Source of the DNA: Candidatus Latescibacterota bacterium
GTDB taxonomy: Bacteria > Latescibacterota > UBA2968 > UBA8231
NCBI GenBank assembly: GCA_965203355.1
Contig: OZ241889.1
Location: forward strand, 1,632,001 to 1,696,000
Length of the DNA stretch: 64,000 nt
Reading direction: 5' to 3'
Shown here piece by piece: positions 18,152 to 28,620 of the stretch. Below the pieces are notes generated by a model that was not told where the DNA came from, searched no databases, and saw only the letters and a program-made list of their open reading frames with translations. The position numbers were made by a program, and so were the translations under genes. The first letter of the stretch is position 1. The number at the start of each line of letters is the position of its first letter.

Positions 18152-18811
18152 CTAGTGGCTCAATGCCCAGACCGCGATGTTGGCCCCCATTTTGAGGGCG
18201 TCGAGTCGCTTGCTCTCCGGGTCGCTGTGGACGTCGGGGTCCTCCCAGCCATCGCCTAGGTCCGCCTCATACGTGTACAGCACGGCTAGACGCTCGCCCG
18301 TGAAAAGCGCGAGTGCTTGCGGCCTTTTGCCGTCGTGCTCGTGGACTTTGGGCAGGCCGGCTGGCAACTCGAAGTGGCAGTGGAACAGGGGGTGATCGGG
18401 CGGCAATTCCACCCACTCGGCACTGGGGAAGACTTGGCGCATGGCGCGGCGGAAGCTCTCGTCCATGCCGTAGTTGTCGTCGGCGTGGAGAAAACCGCCG
18501 CTTTCCAAATAGTGCCGAAGCCGCGCGGCCTCCTCGGCGGAAAAAGCCACATTGCCGTGCCCGGTCATGTAGAGGTACGGATAAGAAAACAGCTCCTCGT
18601 CCATGATTTGTACGCGCGCCTCGGTTTCGGCTGCGTCGATTTGGGTATGCTCTCTTAAGAAGCGGAGCAGGTTGGGCAGGGAAGAGGGGTCGCTGTACCA
18701 GTCGCCGCCGCCGCCGTATTGCAGCCGCGCAATGGTAAATAGGGGCTGAGCCGGGCCATTTACTGCGAGGCATGCCATGGCGAGCGCGGCGTAGAGGGCC
18801 AAGCCGCGCAT
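18152..18811 (-). CDS. DUF4159 domain protein
   Basis: YGGGGDWYSDPSSLPNL, YMTGHGN, GGFLHADDNYG, PKVHEHDG, DLGDGWED. Confidence 0.85.
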   Translation of the reverse strand: MRGLALYAALAMACLAVNGPAQPLFTIARLQYGGGGDWYSDPSSLPNLLRFLREHTQIDAAETEARVQIMDEELFSYPYLYMTGHGNVAFSAEEAARLRHYLESGGFLHADDNYGMDESFRRAMRQVFPSAEWVELPPDHPLFHCHFELPAGLPKVHEHDGKRPQALALFTGERLAVLYTYEADLGDGWEDPDVHSDPESKRLDALKMGANIAVWALSH

Positions 18812-18812
18812 G

Positions 18813-21002
18813 TCAGCGGTCGTTGATCACGGCGAATTTGCCGCGCACTGGATCGCCGGTTTCGGCTTGCGCGACAAAGTAGTAAACACCCGATCCCACC
18901 AGAAAGCCGGCCGCGCTTTGGCCATTCCAAGTGGCTGCGCTGTCGAGTTGGCGCACGAGCTCCCCCGCGGCCGTGAAAATGCGCACGCTGGCTCCCAGCG
19001 GCAGGTCGGCAAAGGTCAGGGCGGCACCGCGCACGCCGATGTGGAAGGGGTTGGGATAGGCGTAGGCCCGAGGACCCGCGGCGGTCCCCGAGGTGCCGAG
19101 GTGCAGGCGGCTCATCCCGCCGAGTGTGCCAATCCACAACGCGCCGCTGTTCCGGTCGAAGTAGAGCGAGTTGACGCGGTTGTTGACGAGGCCGTCGCTC
19201 GCGTCGAGCGCAAACTCGACTTGGCCCTCGGTGTTGATGCGGGCCAAGCCGCCTTCGGTGCCGACCCACATGCGCCCCCAGTCGTCTTCAGCCAGTGCCG
19301 CGGTCGCGGCCGATGGCAGGCCGTTGTTGGCGTTGTACACTTTCCAACTTGTGATCGCAAAATCCGCGTTGGCGCGCGAATACTCGCCGCGCACGGCATT
19401 GAGGCCGTTGTTGGTGGCGATCCACACTTGCCCCGAGCGGTCGACGTGGATGTCGGCGACGGCATTGCTGGTCAGGTCTGGATAAGCAACGGTGTCGAAG
19501 ATTAAGCCGGTCTCGTCGCCGAGCGCAAAAGGGGTACCGCCATCGTCGAAGAGGCAGAAGCCGTCGAGTGCCGTCCCAATCCACTTTAGGCCGTCGGGGC
19601 CAATGGCGATTTTGGTCATGTCGCGGCCGGCCGACATGCCGAAGTTCAACTGGCTGTTGAGTGCGGCTTGCTGGGGAGGCCACCCATCCATGACGACGAG
19701 CCCATTGCGGACGTTGGCGATCCACAGCAAGCCGTTGGCGTCGCGGTCGATGTCGCTGATGGCGACAAAGGGACCGCCGTTGATGCCTTCGAGCGCCGAG
19801 TTGTTGGCCGTGAGATGCTGCCACTGGCCGTTGGCGTCTCGGACGTTAAGGCCGACCCCCCAATGGCCGACCCACAGCAGGCCCTCGCTGTCGGTCTCCA
19901 AAGCCGAGACGGTATTGGACGATAGATCGGTACTGGTGGTATAGGTAGTCCAGCCCTCGCCGTCGAACTCGTATAGACCCAATGCGGGCCGATCATCCTT
20001 GGGCACGGAGGCGACCCAAAGATGGCCGTTGGGAGTCTGCGCTATGTCGAAGAAAACGTTGCCTACAGGCTCGCGCGGGGGCGGCGGTTGGTCGGTGCCG
20101 AGGACGCGCAGGCCGCTCGCGCTGGCGACCCACAGGGGGCCGCCGGTATCGGACAGATCCGCGGTGCTGCGGATGTGCGGTGCCCGGAGCGGTTGCCAAC
20201 GGTCGCCTTGGCGCTGGGATAAGGTGCCGTCAGCCGCCCCACTGACGATGCGCGCCTCAAAGAGGCCGAGGGCCACGCTGCCGGTCGTGGAGTGGTCGAG
20301 CTCCGGGGGGGCGAGCGCGGGATGGACGCGCCAGATGCCGCTCGCGGCGGCGACGAAAAGCGTGTCTTGATAGACTAGCATGTCGCGCACCTCGCCCTCT
20401 ATGGGCTCAGCCACCCAACTGTTGGGGTCTTGGAGATTGGGCTGGGCCAAATCCGCCCACACTAGGCCATTGACGGTCCCGGCCCACAGACGACCGGCAA
20501 ACACTTCAATGCTGGTCACCTCGGTGTCTTTAGGCAGCTTTCCCAAGCGTCGATAGGTCTCCTTGACCTCTTCCTTGCTGACGACAAACGCGCTGACGCC
20601 GCGCTCGCTGCCGACGTAGAGGAGGTCCCGGTGCGGCGCAAGGGCATTGATGCGCAGGTTTTGGAAGTCGAGAAAGGGCGGGTCAAAGCGGTTTTGCGCG
20701 GGCCGATAGCGGCTCAAACCCTGAGAGTGGGTGCCAAACCACAGGTGGCCGTTGGCATCTGCGGCGAGGCTCAAGATGCGATGGCCCGGCAGGCCATCGC
20801 GGCGCGTGAAGCGCGTATAGGTTTGGGTCTGCTGGTCGTAGCGCAGGACGCCGCCGCTGGTGCCGGCCCAGACCGCGTCTTGGTGGACGAGGACCCGGTT
20901 GATTTGGCGCATACTGGTATAGGCTTCCCATTGGGTGCCGGATAACTGGGCGCGCCCGGGCAAGGCCAAAAGCAGCAGGAGCAAGAGGCGGAGTAAGAGC
21001 AT
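18813..21002 (-). CDS. PorZ-like double beta-propeller protein with C-terminal Ig-like (FlgD/T9SS CTD-like) domain
   Basis: Many D..G.LW.GT..GL propeller repeats; ends AYPNPF...VRIFTAAGELVR...WNG...SGVYYF...KFAVI. Confidence 0.75.
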   Translation of the reverse strand: MLLLRLLLLLLLALPGRAQLSGTQWEAYTSMRQINRVLVHQDAVWAGTSGGVLRYDQQTQTYTRFTRRDGLPGHRILSLAADANGHLWFGTHSQGLSRYRPAQNRFDPPFLDFQNLRINALAPHRDLLYVGSERGVSAFVVSKEEVKETYRRLGKLPKDTEVTSIEVFAGRLWAGTVNGLVWADLAQPNLQDPNSWVAEPIEGEVRDMLVYQDTLFVAAASGIWRVHPALAPPELDHSTTGSVALGLFEARIVSGAADGTLSQRQGDRWQPLRAPHIRSTADLSDTGGPLWVASASGLRVLGTDQPPPPREPVGNVFFDIAQTPNGHLWVASVPKDDRPALGLYEFDGEGWTTYTTSTDLSSNTVSALETDSEGLLWVGHWGVGLNVRDANGQWQHLTANNSALEGINGGPFVAISDIDRDANGLLWIANVRNGLVVMDGWPPQQAALNSQLNFGMSAGRDMTKIAIGPDGLKWIGTALDGFCLFDDGGTPFALGDETGLIFDTVAYPDLTSNAVADIHVDRSGQVWIATNNGLNAVRGEYSRANADFAITSWKVYNANNGLPSAATAALAEDDWGRMWVGTEGGLARINTEGQVEFALDASDGLVNNRVNSLYFDRNSGALWIGTLGGMSRLHLGTSGTAAGPRAYAYPNPFHIGVRGAALTFADLPLGASVRIFTAAGELVRQLDSAATWNGQSAAGFLVGSGVYYFVAQAETGDPVRGKFAVINDR

Positions 21003-21011
21003 GGAAACGGC

Positions 21012-23462
21012 CTACATCATCGTTAGAGGGTCGATGTTAATGGAAAAGTGGAGGGCGCGTTCTTTGGCGGCCTCGCGCATGGCTGGCAAGGCGCTGAGGG
21101 CCGTTGTGTGCAAATGGTGCGCCGAGGAGCCGCGCAAGAGGGCTTGCCAGCGGTAGTGACCGCGCAGCTGGGCCAGCGGGGCCGGGGCGGGCCCGAGCAC
21201 GAGTGCCTCTGGGTCGAGGCCCTGCCGCAGGGCGTTCACGCCCTGTTGCGCTCCGGTTTCAACGGCTTGCTCGTTGGGGCCGCGCCAGCGGAAGACGATG
21301 AGGCGGCCAAACGGGGGGAATCCGGCCTGCCGCCGCTGGGCCAACTCGTCGTGGGCAAAAGCAGCGTAATTTTGGTTGGCGGCCGCACGCAAGGCTGCGT
21401 CGTCGGGCAGGAGCGTTTGGATGACGACTTCCCCGGCGGTGGGACCGCGCCCCGAGCGGCCAGCGACTTGCGTTAGGAGTTGGAAGCTCCGCTCGGCCGC
21501 GCGGAAGTCGGGCAGGTGCATACCGGTGTCTGCGGAAATCACGCCGACTAGCGTGACTTCGGGCAGGTCGAGGCCCTTGGCGACCATTTGGGTGCCGAGC
21601 AACACGTCGGCCTCGCCGTTGCGGAAGCGCTCCACGAGCGCGTCGTGCGCGCCTTTCCGAGTGGTGGTATCCACGTCCATGCGGATGACGCGGATGCCGG
21701 GAAATTGGGCCAACAGGGCGCTTTCAACCCGTTGAGTGCCCACGCCGGCGAAGCGCAGCTCCGAACTGCCACAGGACGGGCAGGTCGGCGGGGGCGGGGC
21801 TGCAAAATCGCAGTAATGGCAGCGGGTCTCGGCGGCCGCGGGGCGCTGGTGATAGGTCAGCGAGACGCGGCAACTGGGGCACTCGATCGGCTTGCCACAG
21901 GCGGTGCAGCTAATGAAGGGCGCAAAGCCGCGGCGATTTTGCAACAAGATGATCTTCTCGCCGCGCGCGAGGCGGTCTTGCATCTTGCGCCGCAAGTCGT
22001 GCGAGAAGATGGTGCGCTGCTTTCTTTGGAACGGCTCCTGTTTCATATCGACGACCGTCACTTGCGGCAAAGGGCGGTCGTCGATGCGGCGGGGCAAGGT
22101 GTGGAGGTGGTACTTGCCCGTGGCGGCGTTCCAGTGCGACTCTAAGCTGGGCGTGGCTGATCCGAGGACGACGGCGGCGTTGCCGCGCTGCCCGCGCACT
22201 AAGGCGAGGTCGCGGGCGTTGTAGGTGAGGGGGTGGTTGCCGTTGAGGTCTTCCTGCTTGTACGAGGTGTCGTGTTCTTCGTCCACGACAATCAGCCCCA
22301 AATTTTCTACGGGTGCGAGAATGGCCGAGCGCGCGCCGATGAGTACGCGCTGCTCGCGGCGGCGCAAGCGACGCCAAGTGTCGTAGCGCTCTCCAGCCGA
22401 AAGCTGGCTGTGAAAAACGGCGACGGCCTCGCCGAAGTGTTCCTTGAAGCGCCGCACCATCTGCCAAGCGAGGGCGATTTCTGGAACCAAGACGATCGCG
22501 CCGCGCCCGGCCGCCAACGCTTGCGCCACAAGTTGGATGTACACCAGGGTTTTGCCCGAGCCGGTGACACCGTGCAGCAAGGCCGGATAGAATGTCCGGG
22601 CGTCGAGCGCGGCCGACAGATGGTCGAGGACGTGTCGCTGGTCGCTGGTCGGGACGAGGGCCGGGGGGGGGCCGCTGGCGATGTGGGCGAGGGGGTCGCG
22701 GATGACTTCCTCGGCCGTTGGAGAAATCAAGCCGCGGCCTTCGAGTGCCTTGAGTACCGGCGAGGAAAAGCCAGCCTCGTTCAGTTCGCGGCGTGCGGCC
22801 ATGGGGTGGTCGAGCAAGTAGCGCAGACAGGCCGCTTGGCGCGGCGCGCGTTTTTCGATGGCGGCGATGGCTGTATGCGCGGCTGGTTCGTCGTTGAGGG
22901 AAAAGCAGTGCTGGCTCAGGGCGCGGGGTCGGCGGTCTTCGAGCACGGGCGCGATTTCGATGTGTCGGCTGCGGCTCAGGGCGCGCAGGCCCTCTTCCAA
23001 GCCTTGGCTGCCGAGTCGGCGTTTGAGCGTGCTAACTTTGAGGGAGCCGCTGCGCTGGAGTTCGCCGATGATTCGCGCCTCTATACCGGCGTGGTGGCCA
23101 GTGGGCGCATCGCGCAGTTGGACGAGGCGGTTGGAACTGAGTTTGACGCCTGGGGGTAGAGCGGCCATCAGCGCACTGCCGAGGGGGGCCATGTAGTAGG
23201 AAGCCATCCAGCGGCAGAGTGCGACGACCTCTGGACTGAGGAGCGAGGAGTCGAGGATTTGTTCGATAGGACGAATCTTGCTTGGGGGCAGGTCGCCGAG
23301 TGTAACGGGCCCTAAGACGACGCCGGTGAGTCGGTGCTGTACCACCGGCACCAAAGCCAAGGCCCCAGGCTGTGCTTCTGCGGCGAATTCAGCGGGTACG
23401 CCATAGGTCAACTCGCGCGCTACGGGGGGCGGCAGAGAGACCTCTACGTAGCCTTGGATCAT
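21012..23462 (-). CDS. priA: Primosomal protein N' (replication restart helicase)
   Basis: HGVTGSGKT, VDEEHD, GSATPS, four CxxC, GTQMVAKGLD, QVAGRSGR. Confidence 0.96.
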   Translation of the reverse strand: MIQGYVEVSLPPPVARELTYGVPAEFAAEAQPGALALVPVVQHRLTGVVLGPVTLGDLPPSKIRPIEQILDSSLLSPEVVALCRWMASYYMAPLGSALMAALPPGVKLSSNRLVQLRDAPTGHHAGIEARIIGELQRSGSLKVSTLKRRLGSQGLEEGLRALSRSRHIEIAPVLEDRRPRALSQHCFSLNDEPAAHTAIAAIEKRAPRQAACLRYLLDHPMAARRELNEAGFSSPVLKALEGRGLISPTAEEVIRDPLAHIASGPPPALVPTSDQRHVLDHLSAALDARTFYPALLHGVTGSGKTLVYIQLVAQALAAGRGAIVLVPEIALAWQMVRRFKEHFGEAVAVFHSQLSAGERYDTWRRLRRREQRVLIGARSAILAPVENLGLIVVDEEHDTSYKQEDLNGNHPLTYNARDLALVRGQRGNAAVVLGSATPSLESHWNAATGKYHLHTLPRRIDDRPLPQVTVVDMKQEPFQRKQRTIFSHDLRRKMQDRLARGEKIILLQNRRGFAPFISCTACGKPIECPSCRVSLTYHQRPAAAETRCHYCDFAAPPPPTCPSCGSSELRFAGVGTQRVESALLAQFPGIRVIRMDVDTTTRKGAHDALVERFRNGEADVLLGTQMVAKGLDLPEVTLVGVISADTGMHLPDFRAAERSFQLLTQVAGRSGRGPTAGEVVIQTLLPDDAALRAAANQNYAAFAHDELAQRRQAGFPPFGRLIVFRWRGPNEQAVETGAQQGVNALRQGLDPEALVLGPAPAPLAQLRGHYRWQALLRGSSAHHLHTTALSALPAMREAAKERALHFSINIDPLTMM

Positions 23463-24340
23463 GGTTGGGCGGCGGGGGCCTCTCCTGCGGAAGGCTGTGA
23501 GTCCAATTTTAGAAACTCGATGCCGTTGGCCGCAGCGCGGAAGTGCAGCACTTGGCTGGGGTCGCCGAACTGGCCGTTGCCAAGCAGTTGGCCATCCAAC
23601 CAATAAATTAGGCCGTGAGGACGAGTTGAGAGCACGATAAAATGGTCGCGGGCTTCAAAGCGGTGGCGCTCGCCGGGCGGGACGATGGCCTCAAAGTTTT
23701 CTGCTGCGTCATCCCAGCGGATCTGCACCCAGGTAGAGTCGCGGGCCTCCAGTTCGAGGACCACGGGGGCGGGTTCGGTGGTTTGGGTAGCCGCCTCTGG
23801 CTCGGTGGACGCTTGGACGGACGAATCGCTTGGAGTAGCTGTCGGCTGAGATTGGGCCACGGCCGCAGGCGTTTGGATTGGGGTGCTAGGTGTTTGGGTT
23901 GGTGCGCTAGACGTTTGGGTTGGTGCGCTAGACGTTTGGGCTGGGGGCTGTTTATCGCCGAGAAAGTAAAATAGGGCCAAAGCGAGGACGCAGCAGGCAC
24001 CTATTACCAAGCTGGTGATGATCAGCGGCTTGCGCGAGCGGCGCGGAGTAGGCTGCTCTAGGATGACCAGAGGTTGGGAGCGAGATTGCATGACCCGTCC
24101 GTACCGTTGGTCGAAGCGGGTCAGGAGTGGCTCCGGGTCGAGGTCGAGGAAATCGGCATACGCCTTCAGGGCTAAGCGGACGAACACCGGCTCAACGGCA
24201 TCGAGCTTGTCGGCTTCTATATTCTCTAAAATGAATAGACTGATGCCGCTTTGTCGCTGGACTTCTTCGAGGTCGAGGCCGCGTTCTTGGCGTGCGGCCG
24301 ATAATTCTTCGCCGATGGCTTGTTGTTTTTCTTCGCTCAT
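23459..24340 (-). CDS. rodZ: RodZ-like HTH-TM-periplasmic domain protein
   Basis: GEELSAARQERGL HTH, one TM helix, Pro/Thr linker, TWVQI beta domain. Confidence 0.8.
   Translation of the reverse strand: MSEEKQQAIGEELSAARQERGLDLEEVQRQSGISLFILENIEADKLDAVEPVFVRLALKAYADFLDLDPEPLLTRFDQRYGRVMQSRSQPLVILEQPTPRRSRKPLIITSLVIGACCVLALALFYFLGDKQPPAQTSSAPTQTSSAPTQTPSTPIQTPAAVAQSQPTATPSDSSVQASTEPEAATQTTEPAPVVLELEARDSTWVQIRWDDAAENFEAIVPPGERHRFEARDHFIVLSTRPHGLIYWLDGQLLGNGQFGDPSQVLHFRAAANGIEFLKLDSQPSAGEAPAAQP
23871..23940. repeat. 21-bp in-frame tandem repeat in the rodZ linker
   Basis: gtttgggttggtgcgctagac twice exactly plus one degenerate copy (QTSSAPT). Confidence 0.85.
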
Positions 24341-24924
24341 TTTGTGGCCCGATCGTTTAGGTCGCACCCCACCGCGCTCAAAAGGACGCAAAGACGAGCT
24401 AAGGGCAGACCGACTACATTATAATAACAACCTGCGATGCGTTCAATAAAACGCGCTCCTAGCCCCTGTATGCCATAGCCTCCGGCCTTGTCGAGCGGTT
24501 CGCCACTGGCGACGTAAGCGGCGATGTCGGCGGCGGTCAAGGTCCGCATCTCCACTTGGGTGCAAACAGCTTCCTGCAGAAGCTGCTCGCCGCTTTGGAT
24601 GGCTAATCCAGTATAGACCTGATGGACCTGGCCCGAGAGGCGACCGAGCATGGCGGCCGCGTCGGTTGCGTCTGCGGGCTTGCCCAATATCGCGCCGTTG
24701 CTATAGACGATGGTGTCCGCGGCGATGATGATGGCGTCCGCCGCGACTACGCTGGCCACGGCGCCGGCTTTGGCCAGGGCCGATTCGAGTGCGTAGTTGG
24801 CCGGGATGGACGTTGCGGGCACCGGCTCTTGTAGCGGACTGGGGACGACGGTGAAGGGCAGGGCGAGCTGGCGCAACAGCGCGGTGCGCCGGGGCGAGGC
24901 CGAGCCGAGGATGAGGGGCTTCAC
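24337..24924 (-). CDS. maf: Maf family nucleoside triphosphate pyrophosphatase
   Basis: ILGSASPRR, AADTIV, GEPLDKAGGYGIQG, NVVGLP; GTG start overlaps dtd stop. Confidence 0.93.
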   Translation of the reverse strand: MKPLILGSASPRRTALLRQLALPFTVVPSPLQEPVPATSIPANYALESALAKAGAVASVVAADAIIIAADTIVYSNGAILGKPADATDAAAMLGRLSGQVHQVYTGLAIQSGEQLLQEAVCTQVEMRTLTAADIAAYVASGEPLDKAGGYGIQGLGARFIERIAGCYYNVVGLPLARLCVLLSAVGCDLNDRATK

Positions 24925-25364
24925 GCGGGCGACTCCACCATTAAGGTGACCGGACCGTCGTTGTGGATTTCGACCTGCATGTACGCGCCGAAGATGCCGC
25001 GCTGGGGCGGCAAACCCTGTTCGGCGAGCAGGGCGAGAAAGCGCTCGTAGAGACGCTCGGCGACCGGGGGTGGAGCGGCTTGCACGAAGCTGGGGCGGCG
25101 GCCCTTGCGGCAGTCGCCGTACAAGGTAAACTGGGAGATGGCGAGTACGCCGCCGCCGATGTCGAGCACCGAGCGGTTCATCTTGCCTTGGTCGTCGGCA
25201 AAGATGCGCAGGTGGGCGCATTTTGTCGCGCAGAAGCGCAGGGATTGCTCGTCGTCGTCGGGACTGAAGCCGACGAGCAGGACTAGACCTGGGCCGATTT
25301 GACCGCGGAGTTGGCCGTCGATGTGGACGCTAGCGTGGCTGACGCGCTGGACTAGGGCTTTCAT
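24921..25364 (-). CDS. dtd: D-aminoacyl-tRNA deacylase
   Basis: MKALVQRV, SQFTL, NDGPVT. Confidence 0.96.
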   Translation of the reverse strand: MKALVQRVSHASVHIDGQLRGQIGPGLVLLVGFSPDDDEQSLRFCATKCAHLRIFADDQGKMNRSVLDIGGGVLAISQFTLYGDCRKGRRPSFVQAAPPPVAERLYERFLALLAEQGLPPQRGIFGAYMQVEIHNDGPVTLMVESPA

Positions 25365-25470
25365 GGGAGGTGATTATCGCGATTACCGGGATGCGAGTTT
25401 TCAAAACCCAAGTCTTCGAGGCTTGGGAATCGTCGCATGAATTTCAAATGTACCCCGCGCCGTACCCTTG

Positions 25471-27858
25471 TCAACTACCATAGGATTTTCGCTGGCCGCG
25501 CTCGAGTTTGAGTTGCGGAATGTCCTTCAACTGCACCTTAAAAAAGAACGCCCGATTTTTGTGAAAGGTGCTCGGTTCCACGTTGAGGGTTGCGGACCAG
25601 TCGTGGAATTCCTTTTGCACGGACAACAGCTCGGAAGTGATGCGCTCGGCCGCTACCAGCCGCGTCCCCGGAGCATGCAGGTTGTAGTTGAGCGAATAAT
25701 TGCAATGCCAGCGCGCCAAGCCAAAGCCGACTGCGGCCCGCATCCACGAGCGGATGGCGCTAGCGGCGGCAGGGGTGGTGCGGCGGTGCGAGATGTAATG
25801 GCTGAGTTGGAAGCGAGTGCCGCGTCGGCGGTTGTCGATGTCGCGTACGAGGCCGCTTTCAAAGCCGAAGGATTCCCGGCCGTAGGGCTTGGCGGTGCCT
25901 CGGCTGGACGAGTCAACATCATCAGACCGATCGGTTGCCATGGGCGACGCGGCCGCCCGCCGCGACCAGCTAACCGAGGTCCGCACTTCGAGTTGCTCGC
26001 GGCGCGGTGTCAGTAGGTGCCGGCGGTTTTGCTCGTCGTAGAATTCGTGGCGCAAGGTCAGCCGCGAGTTTAGGTGGCGTCCCGCCTCAACGCTTAGGGT
26101 CGTGCGCAGGTCGTCTAGCGGGCGCTCCTTTTTTTCAAAGTCATAGGTCGTAGAGAAATTGAGTTGGACTAGGCGCACTTTGTGCTCTTCCTCGCCGCGC
26201 AACATTTTGGCCCAGAAGGTGTTGCCGAGGCTCAAGTTCAGGGTCCGTCGGTGCTGGAGCGGGCTGCTGTCGCCGCCAAAGCCCAAGACGCCGCCGGTAT
26301 CGGCCCGAGCGGCTTGGTAGTTGAACGAGACGCTGGGCTTGAGCACGTGGCGCAGGGCTTGGAGTGGGCCGATGGATGGGTTGAAAAGCCCGTAGAAGGT
26401 CTGGCTCAGGGCTGCACGGGTGGAGAAGCGGTCGCTGCGCCGGCCGCGGATGGCGCCTTCGCGCAGATCTTGGTCGCTCCAGCCTTGGTTGAGCGCCGGA
26501 CTGAGATTGAGCCAAGAGAAGGGGCGGTACTGCGCACTGACGCGCCAGCTCACTTGAGCGCGGGTTTGGCGGGTCGTGTCCGTGCGGCTGCCGCGCTGGG
26601 TGTTGTGCAAGCTGGCGTTGCCGTCGTAGTAGATGCGGCTGTACCAGGGGCGGTTTTGGTGGCTTGGGTCGGCTTGGCCCCAAATCGGTTTGCGGCTCTT
26701 GCGCAGGCTGAGCTCGGGCAGGACCGTGGAGAATCGCTCGGTGTCGAGGTTTTTGGTCTGGCTCGCTTTCAGGCTCAAGCTGTTGCCCGAGCCGCGCCAA
26801 CGCCGCGTGTAGCTGAGATTGGAACGCAGGGTGCGGTTGAGGCGGTCTTGGAGGCTGGTACTGTTGTCTTGGGCAAAGCTGTTGTTGCTCTGAAAGGTGC
26901 CGTTGGCCCGCAAGCTGGCGTCGCGCCCTAGCGTTTGGCTGTGCCTGAATTCCAGTCGCCAGTTGCGCGAGGCCGTGCGGCCCTCTTGGCGGTTTTCAAA
27001 CTGGGTGCTCACCTGCCCGCTAAAGCGGTAGCGTGCAGCATAGTTGAGGCGGGCGCGCCCCAGCCAGCCCGAGCGCTGCCGTAGGTCGGCCGCGAGGGAT
27101 AGGTCCCAATAGTCGTTGGGCGCGAGGTAGTAGCCCAAGTTGCGCAATTCCCACTCGCTTTGCCGCGCCCCAAATCTAGGGGTGCGTTGCCCAAAACTCG
27201 GCGTCAACATCCCAGACTGACGATCTTCGCGCAGTGAGAATACGTAAAAGGGAATCCACAATAGCCGCCGCTCCTTGATGCGGAAATACACCGGGCGTGC
27301 CACGGCCATATCGCCGGCTAAGACCTTGATGCGCGGGCTGTAGAAATCGAAGTGCGGATGGTCGGCGTCGCAGGTGGTGTACGAGCCTTGGTGGACGTGG
27401 AACTCGGTGCTGCTGCGGGTCTGGATCAAGCGTCCGGCGTAAAATCCCTTGTCGCGGTGGATTTTGCCGGCGAGGATGGTTCCTTGTTCGGTCGCGAGGT
27501 CGTAGAGGATGCGCTCGCCGCGCAGCGTTTGGTTGCCTTGGCGCAACACCGGGCGACCGACGACCTGCCCAAGCGAATCAAGGGCTGCGCGCGCTTCGAC
27601 TTGGTCGCGGCTCCGGCGGAAGACGATCTCGGCGGCCTCTAGCTCCGCGCCTTTGTGCGAGACGCGGGCCTGCCCCTGCAACAGGAGCGAGTCGCCGATC
27701 TCGTAGTAGCGCATATAGGTGGCTTGGTAGGCAAAGCCTTGGTTTTTGTCTTGGCCCTTGGCTTGAGTCAACAAGGCGCGGACCGCTTGCAGTTGGCTCT
27801 CGGACGCCTCGCTGACACGCGAGGCCAAGGCCAGGCAGAGGACGAGCAGGCCGATCAC
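25471..27858 (-). CDS. lptD: Putative LPS assembly protein LptD
   Basis: Signal peptide, jelly-roll region with YTTCD..PHF, RQSGMLTPSFG, LRNLGYY, long beta-barrel. Confidence 0.85.
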   Translation of the reverse strand: MIGLLVLCLALASRVSEASESQLQAVRALLTQAKGQDKNQGFAYQATYMRYYEIGDSLLLQGQARVSHKGAELEAAEIVFRRSRDQVEARAALDSLGQVVGRPVLRQGNQTLRGERILYDLATEQGTILAGKIHRDKGFYAGRLIQTRSSTEFHVHQGSYTTCDADHPHFDFYSPRIKVLAGDMAVARPVYFRIKERRLLWIPFYVFSLREDRQSGMLTPSFGQRTPRFGARQSEWELRNLGYYLAPNDYWDLSLAADLRQRSGWLGRARLNYAARYRFSGQVSTQFENRQEGRTASRNWRLEFRHSQTLGRDASLRANGTFQSNNSFAQDNSTSLQDRLNRTLRSNLSYTRRWRGSGNSLSLKASQTKNLDTERFSTVLPELSLRKSRKPIWGQADPSHQNRPWYSRIYYDGNASLHNTQRGSRTDTTRQTRAQVSWRVSAQYRPFSWLNLSPALNQGWSDQDLREGAIRGRRSDRFSTRAALSQTFYGLFNPSIGPLQALRHVLKPSVSFNYQAARADTGGVLGFGGDSSPLQHRRTLNLSLGNTFWAKMLRGEEEHKVRLVQLNFSTTYDFEKKERPLDDLRTTLSVEAGRHLNSRLTLRHEFYDEQNRRHLLTPRREQLEVRTSVSWSRRAAASPMATDRSDDVDSSSRGTAKPYGRESFGFESGLVRDIDNRRRGTRFQLSHYISHRRTTPAAASAIRSWMRAAVGFGLARWHCNYSLNYNLHAPGTRLVAAERITSELLSVQKEFHDWSATLNVEPSTFHKNRAFFFKVQLKDIPQLKLERGQRKSYGS

Positions 27859-28598
27859 GGCTCGCGCTGGCGCAGCACTTCGTACAGGGCGATGCCAGCG
27901 GCCACCGCGGCGTTGAGCGAGCCGCTGGCTTCGCGCTGCATGGGGATGTGCAAGAGGGCGTCGCAGCGCTTTTGCACCATGCGCCGCAGCCCCTTGCCCT
28001 CGCTGCCGACGACCAGGGCGCAGGGCTGGGTAAAGTCTGCGGTCGTCAAGGGCTGTTCGCCGTGGGCATCGAGTCCGGCGATGAAGAGTCCACTGGCCGC
28101 GGCTTTTTGCAGGGCCTTTTGCAGGTTGTCCACTCGGCATACGGGTAGGTGCTGGGCCGCTCCGGCCGAGACCTTGAGCGCGGCTGGCGAGAGGCCGGCG
28201 GCTCCTCGGGCGGGCACGACTGCGCCTTGTGCGCCGAGGGCGTGGGCGCTGCGGATGATGGCACCGAGGTTGTGGGGATCCTGCACTTGGTCGAGAAAGA
28301 TGAGCAGAGCCGGGGCTGGAAGGTGAGCGAGTACGCGGTCGAAATCCGCGTATGTTGCGGCGGCCGCGTAGGCGACGACGCTTTGGTGGCTGGGGCCGGC
28401 GAGGCGGTCGAGTTGGGCCTTGTCGCGTAGATCGTAGGGGATGTGGGCCTGCCGCGCGTGTGCGAAAATCTCGTCGATGACCGGCCCGTGTGCGCCCTTG
28501 GCGATGAGCAGGCGGCGCAGAGGACGCTCGGCGCGGAGGGCTTCGAGTACGGGGTGGCGGCCCCGGATTAGGTCGTCGGGTGTTTGTTTATCGGGCAT
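27855..28598 (-). CDS. rlmB: 23S rRNA (guanosine-2251-2'-O)-methyltransferase
   Basis: GRHPVLEAL, DPHNLGAIIRSA, GSEGKG, IPM..SLNAAVA. Confidence 0.92.
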   Translation of the reverse strand: MPDKQTPDDLIRGRHPVLEALRAERPLRRLLIAKGAHGPVIDEIFAHARQAHIPYDLRDKAQLDRLAGPSHQSVVAYAAAATYADFDRVLAHLPAPALLIFLDQVQDPHNLGAIIRSAHALGAQGAVVPARGAAGLSPAALKVSAGAAQHLPVCRVDNLQKALQKAAASGLFIAGLDAHGEQPLTTADFTQPCALVVGSEGKGLRRMVQKRCDALLHIPMQREASGSLNAAVAAGIALYEVLRQREP

Positions 28599-28620
28599 GA
28601 AGGGATACTGAGAGCGCAGG

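Noticed and set aside
25385-25440. Hairpin between lptD and dtd as a riboswitch
   Set aside because: A single short stem-loop with no recognised aptamer motif
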